This document shows, piece by piece, positions 8,830-17,360 of a stretch of DNA of 38,955 nucleotides. This DNA is from Candidatus Nomurabacteria bacterium RIFCSPLOWO2_12_FULL_44_11 (GTDB lineage Bacteria; Patescibacteriota; Minisyncoccia; Phycocordibacterales; UBA9973). The DNA is taken from NCBI GenBank assembly GCA_001787125.1, contig MFVU01000032.1, positions 1 to 38,955 on the forward strand, given 5' to 3'. Positions within the stretch are counted from its first letter, which is position 1. Each line of letters begins with the position of its first letter. The notes below the pieces were generated by a model. It ran no database searches, had not been told where the DNA came from, and saw only the letters and a program-made list of their open reading frames with translations. The position numbers and the translations under genes were made by a program.

Positions 8830-9480
8830 TTACCTGAATTCGATCCTTACCAAGGATGCTATGGCCACAAAAAAGCCAATGACGAGAAATAGCAAGCTGA
8901 AAATGAGCCAAAGCTTGGTTCTGGACTTGCTTACAAAAAGAAACCGATTCTCAAATGAACCTAGAAACTTATTGACATTTTTGTCAAGTTCTTGTTTGCC
9001 CTCGCTCGGACGAAACAGCGGACTGCCCCCGCCGGCATAGTAACTGATGAGGTCATGGCGATTTAAAACTCCGGCCAGTCGGCCATCTTCCTGTACAACA
9101 GAAATTGGATTTAAGTGATGATGTTCCGCAAATATCTTTGCCGCTTCGGTAATGCTCGAATTGCGCCGGAGTAGTATTGGTTCTTTGTTCATCACATCCC
9201 CCACCCGCATCGAAAGAAGAGTAGCCAAGCCGCCTTTGGATTTATCCACTTTATAGAAATCAAATTCTTCAAAAAGTTTGAGCAGAGTAGGTAGGTGAAT
9301 GCCGGTGCCTTTAAGCGATAGGTCGTATTCCGTCAAAATTCCCACTACTTTCCCGTCGCTTGCGATAACCGGCGCGCCGTCAAGCTTATATTGGGTAAGC
9401 AGCCGCACCGCGTCCTTCACTGACATATTCGGTGAAAGCGAAATCGTATTTAACACCATCAATTCGTCCACGCGGTTCAT
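8830..9480 (-). CDS. CBS-domain pair protein with C-terminal TM helix
   Basis: Two CBS-like units (..VKDAVRLLTQYKLDGAPVIASDGKVVGILTEYDL.. and ..ITEAAKIFAEHHHLNPISVVQEDGRLAGVLNRHDL..) and a hydrophobic tail LWLIFSLLFLVIGFFVAIASLV. Confidence 0.8.
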   Translation of the reverse strand: MNRVDELMVLNTISLSPNMSVKDAVRLLTQYKLDGAPVIASDGKVVGILTEYDLSLKGTGIHLPTLLKLFEEFDFYKVDKSKGGLATLLSMRVGDVMNKEPILLRRNSSITEAAKIFAEHHHLNPISVVQEDGRLAGVLNRHDLISYYAGGGSPLFRPSEGKQELDKNVNKFLGSFENRFLFVSKSRTKLWLIFSLLFLVIGFFVAIASLVRIEFR

Positions 9481-9502
9481 TATTTATAGTATAATCAACC
9501 TT

Positions 9503-10306
9503 ATGAAGTTTTACAAATACCACGGTGCGGGCAACGACTTCCTGATGATCGACAACCGGAGCGGGCGTTTTGATATTCATGATGTGGAAAAGATAAAGCT
9601 ACTATGCCACAGGCGTTTTGGTATCGGCGCGGACGGAGTTTTTACCCTCAAGAATCATCCTGATTATGACTTTGAAATGGTTTGGTGCAATAACGACGGC
9701 AGCATGGGGGCAATGTGCGGTAACGGCGGGCGATGCATTGTGCATTTCGCGCACAATATTTTAAAAATTAAAGGAAAATTTCTGAAAAACCCGAAAAAAG
9801 TGAAATTTTTGGCCGTGGACGGCGAACATGAAGCGAAGATTCTTTCAGACGGTCGGGTGAAGTTAAAAATGCAGGATGTGAAAGACATAGGGCTCCGAAA
9901 TGACCTCACTTTCCTCTCTTCCGGAACCACTCCGCATCATATTCAATATGTGGTGAATGTGGAGAGCTTCCCTGTCTGCGAGGAGGCGAGGAAAATTCGT
10001 GATAAAGATGATAATTCAAAAGGGGTAAATGTAAATTACGTGGAAAATAAAAATGGGGTATTTCATGTCCGCACTTATGAACGCGGCGTAGAAGATGAAA
10101 CATTGGCCTGCGGTACAGGGGCTACTTCTGTTGCTGTCGCCTCGCACTATTTAGGAATGTTAAAAGAAAATATCTGCCACATCAAACAGCCGGGCGGAGA
10201 GCTTACGGTGGAATTTGATCCGCCAGCTGGCGGACCGGATGGCACCTACAAAAACATCTGGCTCACCGGCCCGGCAGTGTGTGTATTTAAAGGAGAAATC
10301 GCGTAA
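9503..10306 (+). CDS. dapF: diaminopimelate epimerase
   Basis: MKFYKYHGAGNDFLMIDNR.. and the second active-site region ETLACGTGATSVAV. Start trimmed to the ATG at 9503, 7 nt after TATAAT (9490..9495). The upstream part of the track ORF is antisense to the CBS gene. Confidence 0.85.
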   Translation: MKFYKYHGAGNDFLMIDNRSGRFDIHDVEKIKLLCHRRFGIGADGVFTLKNHPDYDFEMVWCNNDGSMGAMCGNGGRCIVHFAHNILKIKGKFLKNPKKVKFLAVDGEHEAKILSDGRVKLKMQDVKDIGLRNDLTFLSSGTTPHHIQYVVNVESFPVCEEARKIRDKDDNSKGVNVNYVENKNGVFHVRTYERGVEDETLACGTGATSVAVASHYLGMLKENICHIKQPGGELTVEFDPPAGGPDGTYKNIWLTGPAVCVFKGEIA

Positions 10307-10329
10307 CTACGTAATTTACGTCCACGCAA

Positions 10330-10863
10330 TTAAAGTCCCTGATTTTTTGATTGGCGCGCGCGGGCAATGACTTCATCCCGCAATTGTTCGGCTACTTCTT
10401 TGGAAAGTCCCACCAATCTGCCTTCGGTAATCCCTCCGTATCCCCCGGTATATCCACTGCCGCCGGCCGTTTGAATATGCAAGTCCGAGAGTCCAAGTAA
10501 ACGAGCAAGTATGCCGCGATAAATATCCACGTTCTGGATGCGATCATAGGGAATGGTTACATACTTTTTATAGATAACTCCGGATTCTTTTTTGAAGCCG
10601 TTCTCAGCGAGTTCATAGCGGTAGAAGCGATAAGTAAGCTTGGCCCAGATAAAACATACAATTATGAGTGCCAGGGCAACCAAGAGAATCCAAATCGCTG
10701 AATCACGTAACTGAACTTCTCTCACTCCATCCACAAACACTGTACTTGCATTGTCAGCCAAAAATCCCCCGACCCAGATACTGAAGATAATAATGGGAAT
10801 AAACGAGCTCAGAACGAAACTGAACGAGAACAACCACACTGCCTTCGGATCTAATTGTTTCAT
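10330..10863 (-). CDS. membrane protein with bacterial PH domain (bPH_2/YdbS-YdbT-like)
   Basis: Two TM helices followed by YRFYRYELAENGFKKESGVIYKKYVTIPYDRIQNVDIYRGILARLLGLSDLHIQTAG. Start set at MKQLDPKAVW (10863). Confidence 0.7.
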   Translation of the reverse strand: MKQLDPKAVWLFSFSFVLSSFIPIIIFSIWVGGFLADNASTVFVDGVREVQLRDSAIWILLVALALIIVCFIWAKLTYRFYRYELAENGFKKESGVIYKKYVTIPYDRIQNVDIYRGILARLLGLSDLHIQTAGGSGYTGGYGGITEGRLVGLSKEVAEQLRDEVIARARQSKNQGL

Positions 10864-10882
10864 GAAGATAATTTTTGTAAAT

Positions 10883-11176
10883 TTATCGAGCCCTGGTTTC
10901 AAGGCGCTCGACGCGCACTCTTAAATTTTCAATATTCCTTTCTTGAGAGATATCCGTATGCATTAATGTCGCCATGGTCTGCCGGTGCTCTCTGCCTTCC
11001 TCCGTAAACACCTGCATTTGTTTGAGCAATAATGCAAAGGCCTTATCGTGCTGGGCAAGCTTTTCATCAATCTTATTGAATCTTTCGTCAACTTTAGAAA
11101 ACGCCTTGGCGGTAGAGGCCATGGCTTTCTCAAATGCGGACATCGTTACATGCTGTTTAGATTTGCCGTCCTTCAT
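10883..11176 (-). CDS. hypothetical small coiled-coil protein
   Basis: ORF with heptad-like sequence ..DERFNKIDEKLAQHDKAFALLLKQMQVFTEEGREHRQTMATLMHTD..ENLRVRVERLE. The start (MKDGKSK) is uncertain; the track ORF extends to 11209. Confidence 0.45.
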   Translation of the reverse strand: MKDGKSKQHVTMSAFEKAMASTAKAFSKVDERFNKIDEKLAQHDKAFALLLKQMQVFTEEGREHRQTMATLMHTDISQERNIENLRVRVERLETRAR

Positions 11177-11294
11177 GCTCTTAGCATAGCATACACCGAG
11201 AAAATACAAAAGAATTACACTGCCTTCGGATCTAATTGTTGCATGTAGTATTATTTACAGCCACTTGGTACTCGGGATACTAAAATTACAATCT

Positions 11295-11777
11295 TTACCT
11301 TCTCCACCGTTCACCGAGCAGCGTATTTGGACAATTGTCATGCCATTTTTCAACAGCAACAATGTAATAGCTAAGCGCCACTTGACATTCAAAATTATTT
11401 TCTGCGTTTACCTCGATACTGCAGTTATTATGCATATATTCTTCTTGAATAATTTTTATATAATTTTGCAGATCAGCGCAAAAAACATCATCGAAACCCT
11501 CTTTTCCCGCTGAATTATCACTGTCGTTTTCTTTCGTATCGCTATCTGCGGCCTTCGACGTAGATAAATTCACTGATATGCCGGAAGGGTTTTTACTTTT
11601 AAAATAATTTTCCACGTATGCAGTTTTGTCTTGCGAACCATTATATCCACTCAAAAATTCTTTTATGTCATTGGAGGTTTGTTTTTCTTTATATTGCCCC
11701 ACGCCCCACTGCACACCAAGAACAAGTACAACGCCGACCAACACTCCGACTAATATATTTTTATTTAAAAAATTCAT
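11295..11777 (-). CDS. hypothetical N-terminally anchored protein
   Basis: MNFLNKNILVGVLVGVVLVLGVQWG anchor, then a low-complexity linker and a 4-Cys C-terminal region. Start trimmed from the track ORF. Confidence 0.5.
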   Translation of the reverse strand: MNFLNKNILVGVLVGVVLVLGVQWGVGQYKEKQTSNDIKEFLSGYNGSQDKTAYVENYFKSKNPSGISVNLSTSKAADSDTKENDSDNSAGKEGFDDVFCADLQNYIKIIQEEYMHNNCSIEVNAENNFECQVALSYYIVAVEKWHDNCPNTLLGERWRR

Positions 11778-11888
11778 AATGATGTTAATAATTAATACTA
11801 AATATCCGACGTTGTAATTATAAGTCTGTAAAGCCCCCCGCAACAAGATAGTGGGGATAACTCTCGCACCTTTTGTTTTATGGCTCTG

Positions 11889-12089
11889 CTATTTACCTTG
11901 GTTAGGTGGCAAGATAATTCCCAAATCCTTGCAAATTTTCTCCGCCAAAAAACTGCGAATATCCGCGTGCCTTGGTATAGTCGAGCTCTTGTTTGTTTTC
12001 GGATTGTAGTATACAGAATGCTTAGAACCTTCACGAGCAAAGAAGCAATTATTTTTCTCTAAATGCTTAATTAAGAGAACTCGCTTCAT
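11889..12089 (-). CDS. hicA: HicA-family toxin (YcfA-like mRNA interferase)
   Basis: 66 aa. LIKHLEKNNCFFAREGSKHSVYYNPKTNKSSTIPRH.. is the typical HicA fold signature. Lies 8 nt downstream of a HicB-like gene. Confidence 0.8.
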   Translation of the reverse strand: MKRVLLIKHLEKNNCFFAREGSKHSVYYNPKTNKSSTIPRHADIRSFLAEKICKDLGIILPPNQGK

Positions 12090-12097
12090 GAAAAAAG

Positions 12098-12316
12098 TTA
12101 AGCTATGAGTGGTTCACGAATGACTTTATTGTTACCGAAAGAACTCAAAGAAACAAGGTGGTTGGTTTCTAAAATAAGTGACAAGGCCTCGCGCAAATTA
12201 TCCCTCGCTTCGCGCAATGTTCTGCCTTGGGTATTCGCCCCGGGAATTTCTTCAATCCAGGCCAAATACCAATTTCCCGACTTTTTATATATAGCTGTAT
12301 ATTGTTTTCGGTTCAT
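12098..12316 (-). CDS. hicB: HicB-family antitoxin
   Basis: 72 aa. YTAIYKKSGNWYLAWIEEIPGANTQGRTLREARDNLREALSLILE is a typical HicB N-domain. Confidence 0.75.
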   Translation of the reverse strand: MNRKQYTAIYKKSGNWYLAWIEEIPGANTQGRTLREARDNLREALSLILETNHLVSLSSFGNNKVIREPLIA

Positions 12317-12361
12317 ACTACGATTATATCATAATTTTCTTATCTGTAAATATCCCTTCCG

Positions 12362-13402
12362 TTATTTTATGGTCCTACCGGTTTTGATGACGTGATCTAC
12401 TAGTGTATATGTATACCCCATTTCGTTGTCATACCAACCCATGACTTTGACCAAGTTGCCACCCACAACGCGAGTCATTTTGAGGTCGGCGATGGAGCCA
12501 TAGTGACTCCCCAGGATGTCGGAGGAGACCAGCGGTTCTTCGGTAACGGAAAAAATATTCTCCCAGCGTTTTTCTTTCGCCGCTTTTTTGAGGATGGCGT
12601 TCACTTCTTCCGCTGTCGTTGGTTTTTTGGAAATGAAAGTAATGTCCACGATGGAGCCCGCCACTACCGGCACACGGATAGAGATACCATCAAAAAGTCC
12701 TGCAAGTTTGGTAAAGGCGTTGGTTACGGCAATGGCCGCACCGGTAGAAGACGGCACGATGTTCTCGGCCGCCGCTCTGCCTTCGCGTAAATCTTTTTTG
12801 CTAGGACCATCCACGAGAGCTTGTGAAGCAGTATAACCATGGACGGTATTTAATATTGCTTTTTCAATTCCGATCGTTTCATCTAAAATTGCAATGAGAG
12901 GGCTGGCCGCGTTTGTGGTGCAGGAAGCATTTGAAGTAATATCGCAAGTGCCGAACTTCTCTTCATTCACGCCCATCAAAATCGTCTCCCCATGCACTGC
13001 TTGCCCTGAGCCCGTCGAAGGGTCGCCCTTGGCCGGAGCGGTTATAACCACTTTTTTGGCTCCCGCATCCAAATGCACTTTCGCTTTTTCAAAAGAGGTA
13101 AATAGTCCTGTTGCCTCCACCACAACGTCAATATTTAAATCCTTCCATGGAAGTTTAGTCGGGTCTTTTTCGGAAATATATTTTATTTTCTTCCCATCTA
13201 TAACTATATCCGTCCCGCTTGCCTTAACTTCATGATTCCAGGTTCTATACACCGTATCGTATTTCAAAAGATAGGCCATGCTCTCAATAGAACCCAGATC
13301 ATTTACTGCTACTACCTCAAGCTCGGGCCTATCCCACGATTCTTTTAAAAATGCTCGCCCAATCCTCCCGAAACCATTAATACCAACTTTGATTTTCTTC
13401 AT
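12362..13402 (-). CDS. gap: type I glyceraldehyde-3-phosphate dehydrogenase
   Basis: MKKIKVGINGFGRIGR.., SNASCTTNA active site, WYDNEMGY. Start trimmed to 13402, exactly 6 nt after TATAAT (13414..13409), giving a leaderless-type start. Contains an extra DPSTGSGQAV loop. Confidence 0.9.
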   Translation of the reverse strand: MKKIKVGINGFGRIGRAFLKESWDRPELEVVAVNDLGSIESMAYLLKYDTVYRTWNHEVKASGTDIVIDGKKIKYISEKDPTKLPWKDLNIDVVVEATGLFTSFEKAKVHLDAGAKKVVITAPAKGDPSTGSGQAVHGETILMGVNEEKFGTCDITSNASCTTNAASPLIAILDETIGIEKAILNTVHGYTASQALVDGPSKKDLREGRAAAENIVPSSTGAAIAVTNAFTKLAGLFDGISIRVPVVAGSIVDITFISKKPTTAEEVNAILKKAAKEKRWENIFSVTEEPLVSSDILGSHYGSIADLKMTRVVGGNLVKVMGWYDNEMGYTYTLVDHVIKTGRTIK

Positions 13403-13409
13403 AATAGTA

Positions 13410-13736
13410 TTATATAAATTTATATGTCTTTTTCCAAGTGGAGATAGTGCCTTTTCTGTCAGATAGAGTAAGTTTTCCGAAAGTCCTTTCAATATCGTCT
13501 TTAGCCAAACACGCAATTTTAGAAAGGCGTAACCAGGATTCTAAAAGCAGGCCAGAATTCTGCCACTCCTTTATTTCATAATCACCTTTACCTTTTCGTT
13601 CAGTTGTTGTAATTGGGGCTAAAACTATGTCGTCATCCCCATAATCTAAAATCACTAGAGCCGGCCGCTTTTTTCTCACACCATCGGGCTGTAAAAATAA
13701 AACAAGAATAATATCTCCGAATTTATATCGAGTCAT
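13410..13736 (-). CDS. PemK/MazF-family toxin
   Basis: MTRYKFGDIILVLF..KKRPALVILD..VLAPITT.. is the typical MazF/PemK SH3-like barrel N-terminus. Overlaps the upstream antitoxin gene by 14 nt. Confidence 0.75.
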   Translation of the reverse strand: MTRYKFGDIILVLFLQPDGVRKKRPALVILDYGDDDIVLAPITTTERKGKGDYEIKEWQNSGLLLESWLRLSKIACLAKDDIERTFGKLTLSDRKGTISTWKKTYKFI

Positions 13737-13947
13737 AAATAGCGTCAGCGGAGCTATAAGATTTGAGCAAACTTCTCTTTGCCTTACTGTTCCAATTTTC
13801 CTGAATACCCATAGTAAAACGCCCAGTGGCAAAATCTCTTGTTGCGGATTGAAGAAAATCACTGAGAGCTATACCCAAAAGCTTTGCTTTTTTTTGGGCA
13901 ACTTTTTTTACTTTGGCATCGATTTTAAACATGATTTGTGTGGTCAT
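13723..13947 (-). CDS. antitoxin (RelB/DinJ- or RHH-like) of the MazF-type pair
   Basis: 74 aa. MFKIDAKVKKVAQKKAKLLGIALSDFLQSATRDF looks like a ribbon-helix-helix N-terminus. Translationally coupled to the toxin. Confidence 0.6.
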   Translation of the reverse strand: MTTQIMFKIDAKVKKVAQKKAKLLGIALSDFLQSATRDFATGRFTMGIQENWNSKAKRSLLKSYSSADAIYDSI

Positions 13948-14019
13948 CCCAGTACTAAAATTTTAATTAATAATCTTTATCGTTATGCCCCGTAATCAAA
14001 AATTTAGTACGGGACAGGT
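13948..14019 (-). promoter_or_regulatory. structured 72-nt 5' leader (copy A) of the TA operon
   Basis: The reverse complement is 69/72 identical to 27416..27487. It abuts the ATG at 13947 and begins 6 nt after TTGACA-16-TATACT (14053..14026, minus strand). Confidence 0.75.
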
Positions 14020-14126
14020 ATTACAAGTATATACTTTGTTATAACATTGTCAATACCCTTAATCATCCTGTCCCCCTGACAAGGGGGACTATAGGGGGTT
14101 AAAGAATTATGCTAATATGAAAACAA

Positions 14127-17100
14127 ATGGAAAAAACCCAGCAATTCATTCACCTCCATACCCACTCCCATTATTCCTTACTCGACGGGCTTTCGAAGCT
14201 TGAGGACTTGGTGGATTTGGCTAAAAAATTCGGAATGAAGGCCATGGCGCTCACCGATCATGGCAATATGTATGGTGCAATTGAGTTTTATAAACTGGCC
14301 AAGAAAGCCGGCATTAAGCCAATAATTGGAGTGGAGGCCTATGTGGCAAATCGTGGCAGGGCAGATAAAGATCCAAATATCGATAACAAGAGATTTCATC
14401 TCACTCTTCTGGCAAAAAATTTGGAGGGCTATAAAAATTTGATAAAGCTCGTCACCATCTCGCACCTGGAGGGATATTATTACAAGCCACGCATGGACAA
14501 AGAAATATTGCGCAAATATTCGGGCGGGCTAATCGCGCTCTCCGGCTGCCTGGGCGGCGAGTTAGCAAAAGCTCTGTCCCAAAAAGATGAAGAAAAAGCA
14601 GAGAAAATAATAAAAGAACACCAAGAAATATTCGGCAAAGAAAATTATTTTCTGGAAATCCAAAAACATTCCAAAATGCCGGACGACGAGAAAGTGCGAG
14701 AAGGCATCATTACCCTAGGTAAAAAATTAAATATTCCTCTGGTGGCTACGGTTGATTCCCATTATCCCTGCGAAGACGACAATAAAGCACACGATACTTT
14801 ACTTTCAATCCAAACCAACTCGGACATCAAAGACGAAAACAAATTCTCTTTCGGCGAAGATGATTATTCTTTCATTAGTAGCGAGAAAGCATATGAATTA
14901 TTCGAAGATATCCCAGAAGCCGTAACCAATACTCTCGAAGTTGCCGCGAGTTGCAACCTGGAGCTTAAGCTCGGGCGCTGGGTCTTCCCTGATTTTAAAA
15001 TCGAGAGCGGAAAAACTCCGGATGAGAGGCTGCGTGAGCTAACCTATGCAGGATTCAAAAGATTGGACCTGAAGGAAACAAAAGAATTAAAAGATCGGGT
15101 GGAATATGAATTGAAAATTATTTTCGATAAAGGATATTCGCCATATTTCCTGGTAGTGGGAGACCTGTTGTATTATGCCAAGAACAACGGAATTTTAACG
15201 GCAATCCGCGGATCGGTAGCGGGCTCTATAGTAACTTACCTTTTAGGAATTACAAATATTGACCCCATAGAATACAAGCTGCCGTTTGAAAGATTTTTAA
15301 ATCCTTTCCGGCCAACAGCCCCGGATATTGATATGGATTTTGCCGACAACCGCCGCGATGAAATGATCGAATATGTTAAAAAAAAATATGGCGAGGACCG
15401 CGTGGCGCAGATCGGAACTTTTGGCACCATGATGGCCCGCGGCGCGGTGCGCGATGTAGCCCGCGCCTTGGCTTACCCTTACACTGTGGGCGACCGGATT
15501 TCCAAAATGATCCCTCTGGGAAGCCAGGGCTTCCCCATGACCATTGATCATGCGATGGAAATTGTCCCCGAGCTCCGCGACGCATACAAGAATGAGAAAG
15601 ATACGAGAGAAATAATAGATATCGCTAAAAAATTGGAGGGATGCGTGCGACATGTGTCCGTGCATGCGGCCGGCGTAGTTATCGCCCCGGGTCCGATATC
15701 GGACTATATGCCCACCCAGTTTGATCCTAAAGGTGGAAAAATTATTACTCAATACGACATGTATAGTGCCGAAGACGCAGGGCTATTGAAGTTTGACTTC
15801 CTTGGCATCCGGAATCTCGCGATTTTGGCCGATGCCGTCCGGCTGGTGAAAAAATTCTACAATATTGATATAGATATCGAGCGCATTCCGTTAAATGACA
15901 GGAAAACTTTTGCACTTCTTGCCCGCGGCGAAACGGAAGGACTTTTTCAGTTAAATGGCGCCGGCATGACCCGATATTTAAAGGAGCTAAAGCCCACAAG
16001 TATTCACGACATTAACGCCATGGTAGCGCTCTACCGGCCGGGACCCATGGAGACGATTCCGGAATATATCCGGCGCAAGCACAATCCGCAGTTGGTAACC
16101 TACATGGACCCGCGGATGAAAAAATTCTTGGGTGAATCCTACGGACTGATTGTTTATCAGGATGACCTCCTCTTCTGCGCGCTTGAGCTTGCCGGTTACA
16201 ACTGGGAAGAGGCAGACAAATTCCGCAAAGCAGTGGGTAAAAAAATTCCCGCGGAAATGGCCGCGCAAAGAGAGAAATTTACCGCAGGTGTGATAAAAAA
16301 CGGCCAGACGCCGGAATTTGCCGAGCGCTTATGGAAACTCTTCGAGCCGTTTCAGGCATATGGTTTCAACAAGGCGCACGCCGCCAGCTATGGCAAAGTT
16401 GCCTACCAGACGGCCTACATGAAAGCGCATTATCCGGTGGAATACATGACGGCGATTCTCACCGCCGAGTCCGGCGACGTGGAAAAAATTGGCGAGATAA
16501 TCGACGAATGCAAAAAAATGAAAATTCCGGTCCTGCCGCCCGACATCAACGAGAGCTATGGCGGATTTACGGTCGTGCGCGACGGAGAAAAAAGCAAGGA
16601 GATAAGATTCGGGCTCTTCACCATAAAAAATTTAGGCACCGACATCGCACAGGCAATTATTGATGAGCGGAAAGCAATCGGGAAATTTAAATCCATTACT
16701 GATTTTCTGGACCGCATCAAGCACAAAAATTTAAATAAAAAATCTCTCGAGGCCTTGATCAAGTCCGGCTGTTTTGACACTCTCGCCCTACGCGGGGAAC
16801 TCCTCGCGAACTTGGAAGACATGCTCTCGTATAATCACGAAAGCAGTAAGCAGAGCAAAAATCAGACCTCGCTTTTCGGTAGCGGAATAATAAAGCCGCC
16901 GGAATTTAAATTGCGCCCCGCCCTAGACGCGACCCAACAAGAAAAACTCCTCTGGGAGAAAGAGCTACTCGGCCTCTACATCTCCGGGCATCCGCTTGAC
17001 CGTATCCGCGATAAACTGGAGAAGCGAGATGTAAATATAAAAAAAATAAAAGATGGTGAAGAGAGCAAGCTTGGTAACGGCATGCCGGTAACAATAGCGG

Positions 17101-17324
17101 GGATTATAGATACTGTGCGGCAGGTAATTACTCGGAACAACGAGCGGATGGTATTTATCAAAATCTCCGATCTTACCGGCTCTATCGAAGCCGTCGCCTT
17201 CCCTTCCATTTTCAAGGACACGGTGGATATCTGGGTGCCGGAGAAATGCATTGCCATCTCCGGCAAGGTCTCTTTGCGCTCCGGCGAGAAGAGCATTATA
17301 ATTGAAGGAGTAAAAGAGGTTTAA
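14127..17324 (+). CDS. dnaE: DNA polymerase III alpha subunit
   Basis: 1065 aa. PHP domain HLHTHSHYSLLDG, polymerase core ..PDIDMDF.., GLLKFDFLG, and a C-terminal OB region. Confidence 0.95.
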   Translation: MEKTQQFIHLHTHSHYSLLDGLSKLEDLVDLAKKFGMKAMALTDHGNMYGAIEFYKLAKKAGIKPIIGVEAYVANRGRADKDPNIDNKRFHLTLLAKNLEGYKNLIKLVTISHLEGYYYKPRMDKEILRKYSGGLIALSGCLGGELAKALSQKDEEKAEKIIKEHQEIFGKENYFLEIQKHSKMPDDEKVREGIITLGKKLNIPLVATVDSHYPCEDDNKAHDTLLSIQTNSDIKDENKFSFGEDDYSFISSEKAYELFEDIPEAVTNTLEVAASCNLELKLGRWVFPDFKIESGKTPDERLRELTYAGFKRLDLKETKELKDRVEYELKIIFDKGYSPYFLVVGDLLYYAKNNGILTAIRGSVAGSIVTYLLGITNIDPIEYKLPFERFLNPFRPTAPDIDMDFADNRRDEMIEYVKKKYGEDRVAQIGTFGTMMARGAVRDVARALAYPYTVGDRISKMIPLGSQGFPMTIDHAMEIVPELRDAYKNEKDTREIIDIAKKLEGCVRHVSVHAAGVVIAPGPISDYMPTQFDPKGGKIITQYDMYSAEDAGLLKFDFLGIRNLAILADAVRLVKKFYNIDIDIERIPLNDRKTFALLARGETEGLFQLNGAGMTRYLKELKPTSIHDINAMVALYRPGPMETIPEYIRRKHNPQLVTYMDPRMKKFLGESYGLIVYQDDLLFCALELAGYNWEEADKFRKAVGKKIPAEMAAQREKFTAGVIKNGQTPEFAERLWKLFEPFQAYGFNKAHAASYGKVAYQTAYMKAHYPVEYMTAILTAESGDVEKIGEIIDECKKMKIPVLPPDINESYGGFTVVRDGEKSKEIRFGLFTIKNLGTDIAQAIIDERKAIGKFKSITDFLDRIKHKNLNKKSLEALIKSGCFDTLALRGELLANLEDMLSYNHESSKQSKNQTSLFGSGIIKPPEFKLRPALDATQQEKLLWEKELLGLYISGHPLDRIRDKLEKRDVNIKKIKDGEESKLGNGMPVTIAGIIDTVRQVITRNNERMVFIKISDLTGSIEAVAFPSIFKDTVDIWVPEKCIAISGKVSLRSGEKSIIIEGVKEV

Positions 17325-17335
17325 TTATACAAACT

Positions 17336-17350
17336 CCCGCCAGGGGCGGG
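17336..17350. terminator. short GC hairpin CCCGCC-agg-GGCGGG between convergent dnaE and pth
   Basis: 6-bp GC stem in an 36-nt convergent gap. No clear U tract, so confidence is low. Confidence 0.35.
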
Positions 17351-17360
17351 CAGGCATTAC

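Noticed and set aside
14178-17296. Numerous 60-150-aa ORFs on both strands inside dnaE (for example 15297..15752 - and 16331..16663 +)
   Set aside because: All are nested in or antisense to the 1065-aa dnaE reading frame, which has unambiguous PHP and polymerase motifs.
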